IMG/VR virus record: IMGVR_UViG_3300012953_000016
Span: 59,516 to 123,515 of that record
Strand: one strand, 5' to 3'
Length of the DNA stretch: 64,000 nt
Source: a virus
This document shows, piece by piece, positions 29,901-39,600 of this stretch. The position numbers and the translations under genes were made by a program. The notes below the pieces were generated by a model that saw only the letters and a program-made list of their open reading frames with translations, had not been told where the DNA came from and searched no databases. The stretch's first letter is position 1; each line of letters starts with the position of its first letter.

Positions 29901-32883
29901 GAGTCGTAGGGTATGAAACTAGGTGCCCATCCCCGCCTGAAAATGAACCTGTGACTTCGCCTTTTCCGCCCGGCGTGTACTTAGCTGAATTTGAAATATG
30001 AACCTTTGCCTGATTGTCGGCATGAATTTCAAGGTTCCCAACCTTACCAGGAATCGTTTGCCTTAATAGTACTCTATCTCCATCATGATGAGCTTCGATT
30101 TGTAGGCCGGAATTATTTACTGCCTTTGCAAATAATCCATTTATCTGGTTCCGGCTGCGTATTCTTCTACCGGATCTAACCTCAGTGTTTGCAGGGTTTG
30201 TTATTTTCCCCCTATTAAACTCAAAAGTTTCGCTAGTGGTGTCTTCAACATTTACTGTCCAACGATCACCGGTTGAGTGACCAGAAAATGATCCCCACTT
30301 CAACCTTATATTATTACCTGATGCATCTTCATTATCAATATCATCAAAATACCAAAATAGCCCTGTATAATTTATAACAAATTTTACCTGGCACTTACCC
30401 CATGAAACTGCAGAACCAGGTTTTATCTTAAACTGGATTGACTCTGTTGTGACGTTTATATCAGTTGTAGACAAGTGGGGTTCATTAGCCATATATTCAT
30501 ACTTGTTCCCGGGAACCTCTTCAGCAACGTGTTTTAATTCTTTCTCTGTAAATTTATGGCCATCTGCAAACGGTGCATAGGACATAACGCCATTCCACCG
30601 CCCATACGTCGCATCATATTCATACGTACCTGAATCTGATTCGCTGGCTCTATACCTCTGCGACGGCATCAACTCAAAAATAGTGTTTGAAACAGTCTCA
30701 GCGCTGCTTGAGGGATCTAAACCGTCGAATCTAACCCATGTAGGGGAAGAATCGCTGGGGTTGAGTGAATAATATATCGCATAATATTCGTCACTAGCAT
30801 TAGGGTCTGCACCTACCCTAGATACATCGCCTCTTGCGTATACATCAATATCAAATTTTAAGGGTAGGGCGGAAGATGTAGTATCAATCTCATTTAGATC
30901 AATCACCTCCGTATATATAAATCCATCATCTTCTATATTCCCATATTTCGCGTTGGTAATCGTATAACTTTTCTTCGCATTACCGGTGCCAATATACATG
31001 TCAGGTGACCAGTCAGTCCAGTTATTCCTATACCGGTAATCTTCTAAATTTGCCTTACGCCACTTAAACTTATCAGGCTTAGGTAAACCGGTTAGGACCC
31101 ACTGCCCTGTATTTACGGTCGTATTTTGATCATATACTAACTCCCCAGTCGTACCGTCTTCAGTCCCAGAGTCACTGTTCCATGGATTAGGCCAGGTGAT
31201 CTTTATACCTTCAAGTTTTTTCTCTACGCTCTCTGTCATAGTACCTGCAACTAAATTGCAACCAGTAATAAACTCTGCGTCTGAAGTTATTGGCATTTCA
31301 AATTCTAGGGATGATACATCTGGGTCCGCTACATATCCGGTGCCTGGATCAACCTCAAGTAGTACACTAAATGTGCCCAGCGATGGATCAGCACCGCCTA
31401 TTGCACTGGCAGGTTCATCAGAGCCGATTGCAGTAGAATGAGGAATTCCAATAGTACCAATAGATATTGTTAGCCTATAATCATACTCTGTAGAAAAACT
31501 ATCAATCCCTGTATATGTAGGGTCACTCCACGAAATACCGGTCCATTGTCCGGACACTTCTGGATTGTCTGTGTCTTCAAAGGTACCTGAAAATGTGGGT
31601 GTAGGCCAAGTAGAAGATTCTACTATCTCGATTTCGTAAACTTGTTCTCTGATCAGCTCCGAATTTGATTCAACAACTAAATCATCAGTAACAGTACTTT
31701 TACCAGCTGTTGCAGGAAGCAAATCTATTGACCCTGCAGAGTCAAACAGTGTTATAGTACTAGCATCACGGGGGCGGGCATAGAAATATAACCATGCTGT
31801 TGCATATGCAGAGTCAAATATAATTGTTTTCGAGTCATCAAACGGGACGGCTGGTTCATTACCTGATATGCCACCTGGTCCGGAGCGGGATATTGATGGG
31901 TATGATAAGGGTTCACAATCATACTCATGTTGAATGACTCTGACCGGTTTATTCAGGAACCCGGAGGTCATTCCGAGACTAGGGTATACCTTATTATGAT
32001 ATACTGCCCTAACCGATTCTTCTGTTAATACATCATTCCAGACAACAAACTCATGAATTTCTCCATCTAGCAATCTAGATAGTGATGTGTCATCGGGTGC
32101 TGCATTACCAATTATACATGATGACTGGTACCCTCCGGATACTCCTAAGAATGCTCCAAGTGCCGGATTCGAATTTGAAGGGTGTTTCTCTGATAATTGA
32201 CATTCTGATCCATTAATATAAATCTTTGCAGAATTATCACATGATGATGCGTCATGCACAGCCGCTATATGGAACCATACATTCGGCTCAAATATATTGC
32301 TGCTAGTTGTTGCAACATAGTCATTATCAGCATAATCGACGCGGTAGCCTATAGAATTTGTTCTATAACCCTCAGCATCATTTAACATACCTGTGTATGT
32401 AAATAATCTAATCCCATGACTACCGTATGTTGGATCCTGGCCTCCGAATTGTACTATCGTGCCACGATCACCTTCACCAGCTGAAACTATTTTTACCCAA
32501 GCAGCAAAAGAAAATCTAGATGTACCGGTGGTGCCTATTATATTATCCCACACAGTGCTATACCCAATATCAATATAAGGTATTTCAGATGAGCTATATG
32601 TTTGCAAAAACTCTACTGATGTATGTACAGTACCTGGGCCGTCGTCCGTTATTCTTCTCTTGATGTTTCCGTAATATGTACCGTCATATGAGCTATCTAA
32701 AGATGCATCAGCGACAGTAGTACCCGGGCTTATGCTGGATCCTTTGCTTTCAGAAAACTTATACCATGCGACTAGTGAACTAGCATCGCCGTCAGTATAG
32801 TGCAGGTCTCCAATCTCTGGAGAAGATACTTTATATGATTCTGTTAGTTCATAGCTTTCTAATCTACGAGGTATTTTGGGCAT
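20953..32883 (-). CDS. Giant (3976 aa) multi-LamG virion adhesin/baseplate appendage protein
   Basis: Three LamG-type domains (FSFAAWVK..WFHIAAV..IYING..GEIHEFVVWN; SLWFKT..LWHHTVFSF..FSDFAVWS; FFTWVKV..QWHHVGFT..MADVSLWN). Acidic and Ser/Thr-rich. Confidence 0.75.
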   Translation of the reverse strand: MPKIPRRLESYELTESYKVSSPEIGDLHYTDGDASSLVAWYKFSESKGSSISPGTTVADASLDSSYDGTYYGNIKRRITDDGPGTVHTSVEFLQTYSSSEIPYIDIGYSTVWDNIIGTTGTSRFSFAAWVKIVSAGEGDRGTIVQFGGQDPTYGSHGIRLFTYTGMLNDAEGYRTNSIGYRVDYADNDYVATTSSNIFEPNVWFHIAAVHDASSCDNSAKIYINGSECQLSEKHPSNSNPALGAFLGVSGGYQSSCIIGNAAPDDTSLSRLLDGEIHEFVVWNDVLTEESVRAVYHNKVYPSLGMTSGFLNKPVRVIQHEYDCEPLSYPSISRSGPGGISGNEPAVPFDDSKTIIFDSAYATAWLYFYARPRDASTITLFDSAGSIDLLPATAGKSTVTDDLVVESNSELIREQVYEIEIVESSTWPTPTFSGTFEDTDNPEVSGQWTGISWSDPTYTGIDSFSTEYDYRLTISIGTIGIPHSTAIGSDEPASAIGGADPSLGTFSVLLEVDPGTGYVADPDVSSLEFEMPITSDAEFITGCNLVAGTMTESVEKKLEGIKITWPNPWNSDSGTEDGTTGELVYDQNTTVNTGQWVLTGLPKPDKFKWRKANLEDYRYRNNWTDWSPDMYIGTGNAKKSYTITNAKYGNIEDDGFIYTEVIDLNEIDTTSSALPLKFDIDVYARGDVSRVGADPNASDEYYAIYYSLNPSDSSPTWVRFDGLDPSSSAETVSNTIFELMPSQRYRASESDSGTYEYDATYGRWNGVMSYAPFADGHKFTEKELKHVAEEVPGNKYEYMANEPHLSTTDINVTTESIQFKIKPGSAVSWGKCQVKFVINYTGLFWYFDDIDNEDASGNNIRLKWGSFSGHSTGDRWTVNVEDTTSETFEFNRGKITNPANTEVRSGRRIRSRNQINGLFAKAVNNSGLQIEAHHDGDRVLLRQTIPGKVGNLEIHADNQAKVHISNSAKYTPGGKGEVTGSFSGGDGHLVSYPTTLPARSQKSVENVIFWANRPDDDFSSDGYNVIATTDINLSLDINNNKLYRNSSNEITTSFLAGWDPENYLPDYDNDGIPDPTNGSTYNDGEYWFDESTSEVKRFDISLGWRTEDEFMADPGTGWLPIVGTLPEWNEQTWREYSEHNFVFPAYIESPWLNSNVMTPNVYSDDYERTLIESGLVTIGATRKGIADAGLRFTEDQTVFKKGPFIDDQIDIDIDNEFFEQGISPDVFEGFSSPLRSKMQFTIELPTDTPTSFGYDATNEGVPYGSQKYNSMVYYNFETKEWEKIGPGRHIKELRQPLSWDQALAAGYVTKDQWDKFVNENSLYDAGLAGSWGTLKDAEFQQTYFENACIGFSRGTEIIQSASMTAALPISNFGFPMHPKFHASPGQLLDMSNYIDKPFILEKFVLEFEADWSEGSDYSGRSIMFDVGPDGKIRRYNEDEKFNNKAAINSFFILNQRDWIGNYEYNSNSEPSRRWYPPRYDRNVVQNSSVPSKNMYMWDGSSYDYDESSALTAWFRFDTKETDGTGNYWFNSCVKADLNMDGVDDASSSGYGDTDDLAELKIINASSIELAEDSPWEFPPGAPTVWDTFPVASPHGDYTKSAKMSQSTTYMFSSLGDLAGKDPFESIPSTIAQDASGTGSDWFWNSDSGPTDGTPVQLETFTSNNQPGTWGYGFAFANDPTAPGTWQSEDITKNVRVYFGDKLYGVTTVRYKLIQAVANQYVNLNEPPDVGMEGKSYNNNTYAHEGLIFQVASAVDEYGYSISSPEYVDPDDWVNIIEHDPDYSMQGIWQDHASTIDPSTYNFNADSSGNTPWFVRWVQPGTSGWPDAWMITDMSAGSFSSFSKSLWFKTTNPGAKYSNLLTIASNKGAPNKIWLSIYKDGTLRFLVDNGLGRVYTRAKSADAVTDGLWHHTVFSFSSETQSFKLWLDGEFIGEYNLPQLTNDDGELLWRKGDSTEAAEAVTIGEANISVEDILQAGISSLSLNESYYGKWNTATESFDWDTINGTCSASDPAHENDSATCTGAGHTWTSRQARAASLQYSFVGLESKVIGGVSVTLTPEELMSAIGYNPAYPWYFESSDYVILGADVDWEDADDDNDVDLGELSYDNLYTGSFSDFAVWSTALDGIDAKAIYHMDSGVYKAGKNVDVSLNGNNPYFFDCPLEKDFEIRDSKGNYELSSKLLARYLVDPNNFNNLLVTGPVNAPAYIQGSAEWCDDGPWEYDKTISRTPDKYRYGMNFGASRFYARLPRANEYWPTVPSDIESWHNANHSTYPDFSFFTWVKVDGDIESNDPVIFSINTKLGNNRLIFMIDTADKARMKGVTPDGYRLQLHVQADANDTITTSELKLKCRTSASASPGTLPGISIDADDVTTRGWYKVITDTVRDNGSTEINDNQWHHVGFTHHIDPAHGSVWNIYVNGQKMSCHLATYHALPGSQNDIWRYAFDSDAASGGPGVAATAAGYDSRIWAPWRGAGWRTPDAQTGLATNSGSSVYWMRFQKLDDVSSVPGIDFSAVGGVYSPLHGEHSLEFDEMDRVSIGQEYDSRMLRRFKTTRRGARTYRTFRYRRPSQLFDGKMADVSLWNSRLTDGDIGQLYNARFGSSEGDKWFNIDYDSSGNEVPRKHTARTMVTYGQWTIHGSVNESPIDINDVLEAGLSREVNTFATYKSEVLKPIDGTSYTPPRYEFLDFDGSPSTNLFVSGTYVMEGTVKRPIKHNDGLSYVVGTRGGTNGYMSYYKTSHNGTRTGQENDIASARALFNAVPGKDIIDRYYDFGYEHKRYDHSNLNIFELENQDSPYILMPNDKLVFGWQSAEVFYNRWATTKGTGPHMTLGSNLRYSTRDGSEVKYTGAHDNSVNKLDVPIGTPGSIEWPAEDWHEWHGFRQTRMKITLFGSYIQDGKEKQGDLNQNLTSDAIHEALQFETPVHDKFELEDIGYNAGAYTDDVVSGSMSINERYGRKTLSITRENGRRRVDYGSNIARRKIASVAEHSQGSRGSMLRGVRVIDSFERYYDTVVASPAAYHGFNGNGILEWSSPWFNGGTKQRSLCFGEPRPSDMKVVVPEKTIIRCREEGWYEDLPQGVIKLTFSRLWTADYLYGNYSLPYYEHAPDSNTSGDKTVAYAKLHSVPWYISTEVKTDFLYAAHNNGTSPGKWFYQLADITSSYDPAQTVDGTRYEYKPYAAGQNYMFTTSKETISEIDKDNHLRETYFSIYDANGDLHVVHLDWGDVASPEASNNVITVSLEGWDTGDNGWSPGIPSSLLSEYNVDLDGTGGSANDSLDLIQKQYNDDITGWSSSSASDLNAIKLNEDDLHPSGDMYMPADALANRVGAAINSSSMFEVLEVESSPGVYAFEDAEYKVGYSTYSIYVRTISGGLTAADPSGTSNSTEGGGIPGIHYHSPEIDSSTLYRNYYRYISTNSAAIVSCKYLAPDLREEGPLAYNNWGMVQEISNDRITFTDSGTPDAGTLATTTVDTSSEGDGYDIGAIAGDIGLSSSVTGVSEYIQNLRPNNPDQFRRQLPVIEEKDGFERISDYTLDGCFMQIHDAKDNAYNIWYKLDDDNGQAPAPPTTSGILVTIDTVPPGAPASTIARETMLALSGSHSDKFELFYNDGDDYFTVLNTQDGSTKDADSTIMGLPTTTGFYLTDESGAEYDNQTIRWSWTGGIGFFSFAAQAVDTESYAVGKTPEDPAGEEYWHGDPIQEGVDPYHVNTNSTIDAYWLGSYPFEPKYSSLKRGRTNKDNTSWNVTEWDDETGEFVETTTEQTGFSSIIITGSNMPSIINDPTLEAVDENGALLSTGSSYPVLTVIGDGSPQPIGSRYDISAKTSENFLKFYFGTGDNWQKNPSIEIVTIYSDGYDWPSAIPKIRGWKYGLRSALPENTNAVYSHNSYGQFRDLLEQRKDSRFYRKFSRGPWAGRSLVTSAPVRCRFVSEDGVLTTPEKTWSQNLSRFCTSSLPYFDDGRPRNREYPINEDELNTVFTTIKG

Positions 32884-33037
32884 CTCTTTTGTCCTATCTC
32901 ACGAGGCTATCAATATTATAATCTAAATTTAGCTATTGTTATCTGATTAATCATAACGTCGCTTGGTGTACATAATTTTACTTTCATACACAAATAATTA
33001 GGACTTTCGATAGAAAGTAGGCTTGTATTTACAAGAC

Positions 33038-33065
33038 AAAAAAAAGACCCCGCCGGAGCGGGGCC
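33038..33065 (-). terminator. Rho-independent terminator
   Basis: The minus strand reads GGCCCCGC-TCCG-GCGGGGTC followed by T8. Confidence 0.9.
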
Positions 33066-33518
33066 TGACGTTTTACCGCCTGTTAACTTATTTTCCTCGG
33101 GGCTTACGCCCTTTCCTTGCTATCTCCCCCGCCTCTCGACAGGTTCGGTAATTGTTTAAGTCAACTCCTATTCCCATAGGGATTGGGTTGATGTAATTTT
33201 CCTGGATGAAAAATTAAAATATTGTCTCCAATATCCCAAACAGCAGGGTCTCTTGTTCTTGTACTTAATTTCTTGACCTGATGATTAAAAGTTTTAATAG
33301 AGCCTATTAAGCTCGCTGTAGAATTTTGAATTTGTAACTTATCACGAAGAAAATTTTATTCGTCACCGAACACAACCAACCGTAATTGAGTAATTCTATC
33401 CACAATTTCATTTATTCTTCATTCCCTTACTCTCGTTCCTCCTCCTAGCCCTGCTGCCGCTCCTAAACAAATGCGACAGCGCAAATAATCCCATGGTGTT
33501 CAACCAGTTGCCCAATTG
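33038..33518 (-). ncRNA. Candidate large structured non-coding RNA (~480 nt), family not recognised
   Basis: No credible ORF. At least 9 hairpins, four with GNRA loops on the minus strand, G-U pairs favouring that strand, two crossing long-range helices and a terminator at the 3' end. Confidence 0.6.
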
Positions 33519-33617
33519 TACATAGTTATCATAAGACAGTCTATCTTAATAAGAAAGCTATTGGAATCTTTACCTCCTCAGATTGCTAATGACCTGATCA
33601 TATATATTGCACCGGAG

Positions 33618-36600
33618 TTATTTTTTCCAACCGCCAAACGTAATACTATCAGTTCCAGATGGCATATCGTTATATATCATTCCAGCAGCAGACGAAATGT
33701 GATCATGAGGACGCAATTCGCTAGTAGACATATTCATTGATGATACAACATCATTGACATGAGGGCCAGAAGAATATCCTCCACTAAAATTATTCCCTAA
33801 TACGTTACCCTTAACATCTTCATTGTAGTGATGGAATGTTACGTCTGTATTTCCAGTGGGGCCTGGGCTACCTTGTATCAATCTTATACCACATAATTTG
33901 TCATGATAAAAATATGTGTTACGTTCCTCAAGTGTGGGGCTGAGTATGAACGTATTCAAAAACACATCACTGCTAGAGAATTTTACATATGGCATCCCGG
34001 TGTTCACAGTTGTTTTTATAAGGCCTGTTTCAAGCGTTGAAGTCGGGTCTTGGTACAAATTATTCCCTGCGCTATCTGTTGCATGTTGAGTTATATTATC
34101 ATAAAGCATAGTGGCCGTTATATCAAGCGACGAATTGTTTATTTTCTCTGTCGTTGCCTGTAAAAGCTGTTTAAACGTTTTATGTCCACCGATGTCAACA
34201 TTTTCATCCTGATCCATGGAAAACGTGCGAATGTCTGAGACGTCCGTTGGGACGCTTGAATAACCTGGTTCATGGATAGAAGGTATTACGTCCCGGTTGA
34301 CTTTGTGATAGCCTAAGTTTCTGGAAGTTATCTTTAATGTGAAATGACCCCTAGACCAACCATTTTGAAGTGCTTCCTCAATAGGTGGTGAATCAGGATC
34401 ATATGCATATTGGTTAAACCAGTCAGGCGTTATCTTTACAAGTCTCTCAGAATCATAATCTGCTGTAAACCATGTACCGGCAACAGGTTCGCCAGCTGGC
34501 CAGCCGTCGTCGGGAACACCTGCCGGTAAATCGATATCAATCAAGTCCCACATATCTTCATATGCAGGAGGCTTTATGTATTCACATATAAATACCTTTG
34601 ATTGGTTCGGGTTTCTAAATTTCCTGACTGCACGAAGGGTTTTTGACATCAGCCTCTTGATAGAATCAGTATTATTGACTACAACCTCAATTAATTGTGG
34701 GTTTAGTTTCTCATAATTTTCCCAACCCTCAAAGGCATGCCACTGAAATTCATTTAGGTTTGCTTGCTCATAGCCGCCTGCAATAATCCATTCATCAAAA
34801 TCTGAAATCCCATCGCCACTAGTATCTGCCGGATGAGGCAAACCCGTATATGCGGCTATCGTCTCGCCGGCGTCAGAGGTATATAATCCCTGGCCAAGGG
34901 TATCGATACTCATTGTTTGGGTATCCGGATCTGGATCCCAACCGGTACCTTTATCAAAATCGTCTGGTGGAATATCACCATCAGAGTCGTACTTGGGGCG
35001 GGCACACTGGATTGTTAACCCTGAATCATTGGACCACCGGGGTGGCTTTACAACTCGAGTTACATATATTTCCTCAGCAATCGCCCATTCACTCTCAGAT
35101 GATGTACCAGGGTACCCTAGCTCAATAGCAGTCTTATAGCCAGATGTTACTTCATCATAATATAAAATTGTCTCTGAATCTATGTAGGCATCAAATTCAG
35201 GTGCGGTGCTACCCGGAATAGGTGTAGGGTCACCATCAGCGTTTAATTCTAGGGGATCAACAACGTTGAACCATACTGCATATCTTCCTCCGGAAACTGT
35301 ATTAAGAACATGGTCTGTGCTTTCGTCTATTGCATCAGTTATAACAAAGTGTTTTCCTGCGTAATCCTCTACACTAGGGACAGATGTTGTTATATCGGAA
35401 GGTTCAACTAGATCAGGAACAAACTCATAATATAGTGCCCACTCTTCCTCGGTAAGATCTACAAACATTATATCATCTTTGTCGACATAAGGTGCAAAAT
35501 CTGAGGCAGGTGTCGGCGCCGTTGAGTATGCCGCGAAACTGTTTGTGCCGTCCGTCCATAGCTTGTTTCCTAGCGTGTCTCTTTTTTGAAATGTATTATC
35601 AACATCAGGAAATCTTATGTAGTAAGTTTCAGGGCGTAGGATTGAGATTAGCTCTTCCCCATCATTCTCTAATATACCATCATTATCAAATTCAAAGCGC
35701 TTTTTACTGCCGGAAGAATCTTCTAATGTAAATGCCTGCCCATTTAATGTTCGGAGGTATTCTATTTCCCAATTAGGTGATGGCGTCCAGGTGTGGGCAG
35801 CACCCTCACATGCTGCTTGATCTGTATTATGTGCTGTAACCCCACTTGAACAAGATCCATACGTTTCATCTATTACCTGACCTGAATAGTTGAATACTAA
35901 AGAACCGGAAGCATATAGGCTACTATCGTCTAGATCTTTTAAGTTGTTAGTAACATGCTCTTTGTATGTTGTTTCTACAAACGGACTAATCTTAGATTCT
36001 TGCCAGGTTAGGTAACCAGGGAGGGGAGCACAGCCGACTGAATCTTCGTGGGTTTTAGCTATAGCCTCGAATTGCCATACATCACCTGAATTGTGGCCCT
36101 GGTTATTGTCAAAAACTGCATATAATCCATGATCTAGATCAAGCCTGCCCGCGCGTCGCGCGAAGAGAAACGACAATTTCACCGCATTAATCAGTCCGAT
36201 ATCAGCGGTGACCGCGGGGGAGGACCACACACGAAACTTAATCGTGGAGGCTGTAAAGAACGGTATTATGGGTGATGGGGTCGTGGGTGTAGATGAATAA
36301 GTCCAGTGGGGAGTCTGTGTGTATTCATGAGTTGCATCTTCGCCTGCAGGGTGCGAGTCATTATTCAATTGAATTATTCCACCATCATCAATATCTATCC
36401 ATGCAGAGCCGTCATGAAACTGAATTTTATAATACTCGGTAGGGTCATTAATGTCGCCGCGGCCAAAGGCTTTAAGCGTAACAGCAGTGGTACCACCTGG
36501 AATTTCTAGAAATTGATATCCTGATACTGTCGTAGAGCCCAAGTTGGAGAATGTTAAAACAATCTCAGTCTCAGATGTTGATGTGTTTGATAACTCTATA

Positions 36601-39600
36601 GAGTCAGACCACACGCCGTCAGATTTCGACCATTGGAACTTGTCGTACGTAGATGATGATGATACCGGATATGCGGCAGCACAGCGAATAAAATATGTCT
36701 CAGCACCAGCACCAGCAGCAATAACGTAATCACCCAATATTGTCAAGTCATTTATCCCCGCACCATCAAATAACGGTGTACGTGTAAATCCTTCAACAGA
36801 AGGACTTGATTCCATATGTTCTACACCATCTTCATAAGGCTCAAAGTATGTCCTGTCGTTGTCAATGAATTGAGTTATAGGATTTGATCTTCTACGAGAA
36901 TCTTCCGCTACGTCGGATTGTAGTATCCCCTTTATATCATGAGCAATAAAATATGCATCCGGTGAATTACGGGATGCTCTGCTCCTAATCTCTAGGGGTT
37001 CTAACACTCCATCATATTGATCCGGATCTTTCATGCTTACATTTGACATAATGACCGGGTATATGAGCGACCCAACATCATCCTGAATGTAAGCAACAGG
37101 GCCAGCTAAGCACTGTTCTATGCCATCATCATTCGTTTGCCGGTATCCCCTGCTAAGACTTTGCATGTCTTCATAAGGCAGAAATGCACTTACGACTTTT
37201 GTGATACCAGGTTGGGTTGGTGTATATGGTTCCTCAGAAACACTTACATTTAATGATGTATCAGCATCTGGGTGCGTTACATCTTGAACTGGAGGTAATA
37301 CTGTACCTGCTATCGTATTTGTGATGTCAACATAAAAGTCAGTATCACCATCATCAACTAGCGAAATAGTAAATGCATCTTCTGAAGATGTAGTAGGTAA
37401 ACTTATGTTGTCATTTTCGTCAAATACGTCGGTATTGATAATACCATGCGCGAGGCACGTAATACGAACAACAGACGAATCTTCATCTGAAATTTCTGCT
37501 ACAAAATAATCATTTATATTTCCTGCTACAATTGCCTGATAAACAGGGTTTCCAGCATTATCGGTGTTTACCTGTACGTACTTTTTACCAGAATCATATT
37601 TGCTGCTGTTAATTCTATCAACCAACCTCTGGGCAACAATGCCAGCAGTATCGTAGCTATCAATAGAAACCCGTATAGAACCACCATTATAAGAAACGTC
37701 AGGATTATTATCGGCATCCACAGCAAAGACTGGGTCTAGTAGTCCATCATCACCAGGATCAGCAGAAAGTTGTGCTGTGTCGAACCAAACATAAAAGTTT
37801 TTATTTGGGTGAGGCAAATAGAAATATGCTGCTTGTGCTATTTTATGAGTGAATGACTTAACAGCTATATAGCCTTCATTACCCATCCATTCTAGCTCTG
37901 TTATATCTTCCCAACCAGGAGAATCATAATTAAACCATAAGGCCGGGTCCATTTCATCATCTTCTTTCCCTTCAGCCCGGGACGTCGTTATTATAGTCCT
38001 CCCGGCAACTGTAACATCATTAGCCCATAGTGTGTGATTATCTGAATCGTAGTTGTTATTTGTTGGAGAAAGAACATCAAACCCTACTAAATCAGCAGAA
38101 AATTCCTCAACTGATGATTCTAGTCTTTTCCATATTAATTTTCCATCCACTTCCTTCTGCGGGATGTTTGTAAATAGTTCGGTAATGTTCGGTTCATAAT
38201 TAGATACATCTACGCTTCCACCTTTTACTCTCCACGTAGCGCCGGGGGCATCTAAATCATAGTCTAGCCATGTCTGCTCAGTATAATCGAATAGCTTCCC
38301 TGTTTTCTCTTCAGCAACACAATTAATATCATATGTACCGTAATTATAGACAATTCTTTTCTCTGCAGTGAATCTTTGGCTAATCAATGCGCTGTCGGAA
38401 ACAGCAAAGACTAAAGAGTCGCATGTATAGTCTCTATCCCTATCCGGTAAATCGATCCCGGGGCGCAAGAGTTCAACATCAACCGGTGCGTTGCCTTTGT
38501 GGGGTGAAACATTATCTAAATCTGTGGTCTCTGGCAAAACTGGCGGAGGCGTTATTATTGGGCCGTAATCTCGCTGCATAACACGAATTATATTTTGGTT
38601 TGCAGGGGTTGATGTCATAAATGGAACTATAAACTGTTCGCTATTATGAATCTCTTGATTGGTAAGATATGCCATTGTACGGTCAATGGATTGCGGGTAG
38701 CATTTTACCTCTAATGTATGTCCATATGTTGTAGCAGTCTCAAGATGCGCGGCATAACCCTCCGGTAATGAATAGGACCATAGGTCATAAAACTTTGTTG
38801 TTGCTGTTGAGGTAGGCATTGTAGGTATCTTTGTAATGCCGGCAACATTATACCATATTAAGTGAGGCGAATTTGCGTCAACGCCGACATACGGCTTATA
38901 GTTGTCATTCCACTCAGAGACTACGATGCCTTCATCATCTACCTGCCCTATCTCATAAACTGTTAGCCCTTCGTCATTAGACCATAGCTGGTTACTAGCA
39001 TCGATAGTGAACCCAAGATCTGCATGTGTGAAGGGATCTTCTAGGATTACTGCTGGATACCAGTATCTAGTAGGATTAAATAGAAATATAAAGTTGCCAA
39101 CATAATGTGATGTTATATTATCATCGTCAAGAACACGTTGACAGTAACCTAGACTTCCATGGGTCCTTAACCAGCATTGAAAATCTGTTGGTAGGTCGCC
39201 ACTATCCTCTGAAACCTGTACCTTTCCTGGCTTTTGCAGGTTAACTTGAACTATAAAGTTATCGTTATCATCAAGTACTGCAGTGACATCATCATCAACT
39301 TTTGCACCCTGGTAGAATGGATGAGCTGGATTTAATAGGGCAGCTGGAATATTGCGGTTTAGCCTCTCAATAATCTTAAGCGTAACATCTTTTGCCTTAT
39401 CATACCGATTAATGTGTACAAATACAAGATCAGGAGTTTGCCGGGCCTTTAGATCACCGGTATCAACATCAGTTGGTATGGGTGAAATTGCTGCCGGCAG
39501 AGAGCTATTAAAGGGTGTAGCACCTAAGACATCAGTGACATTAAATTTGATACAAAAGCATCGGAAATCAAAATCATATATAGTAAACCATCTATTGTGA

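Noticed and set aside
33160-33420. Degraded protein-coding gene in the intergenic gap (frame RINEIVDRITQLR..*NFLRDK..)
   Set aside because: It has stops, no convincing start and no recognisable motif, and the dense stem-loop pattern explains the sequence better.
33038-33617. tRNA, tmRNA, RNase P RNA or a group I/II intron in the large intergenic gap
   Set aside because: I found no cloverleaf or T-loop with a CCA end, no GAGGAAAGUCC/P4 pair in the proper context, and no GUGYG 5' end or domain V. The flanking genes have their own stop and start. A covariance search is still needed to exclude divergent members.
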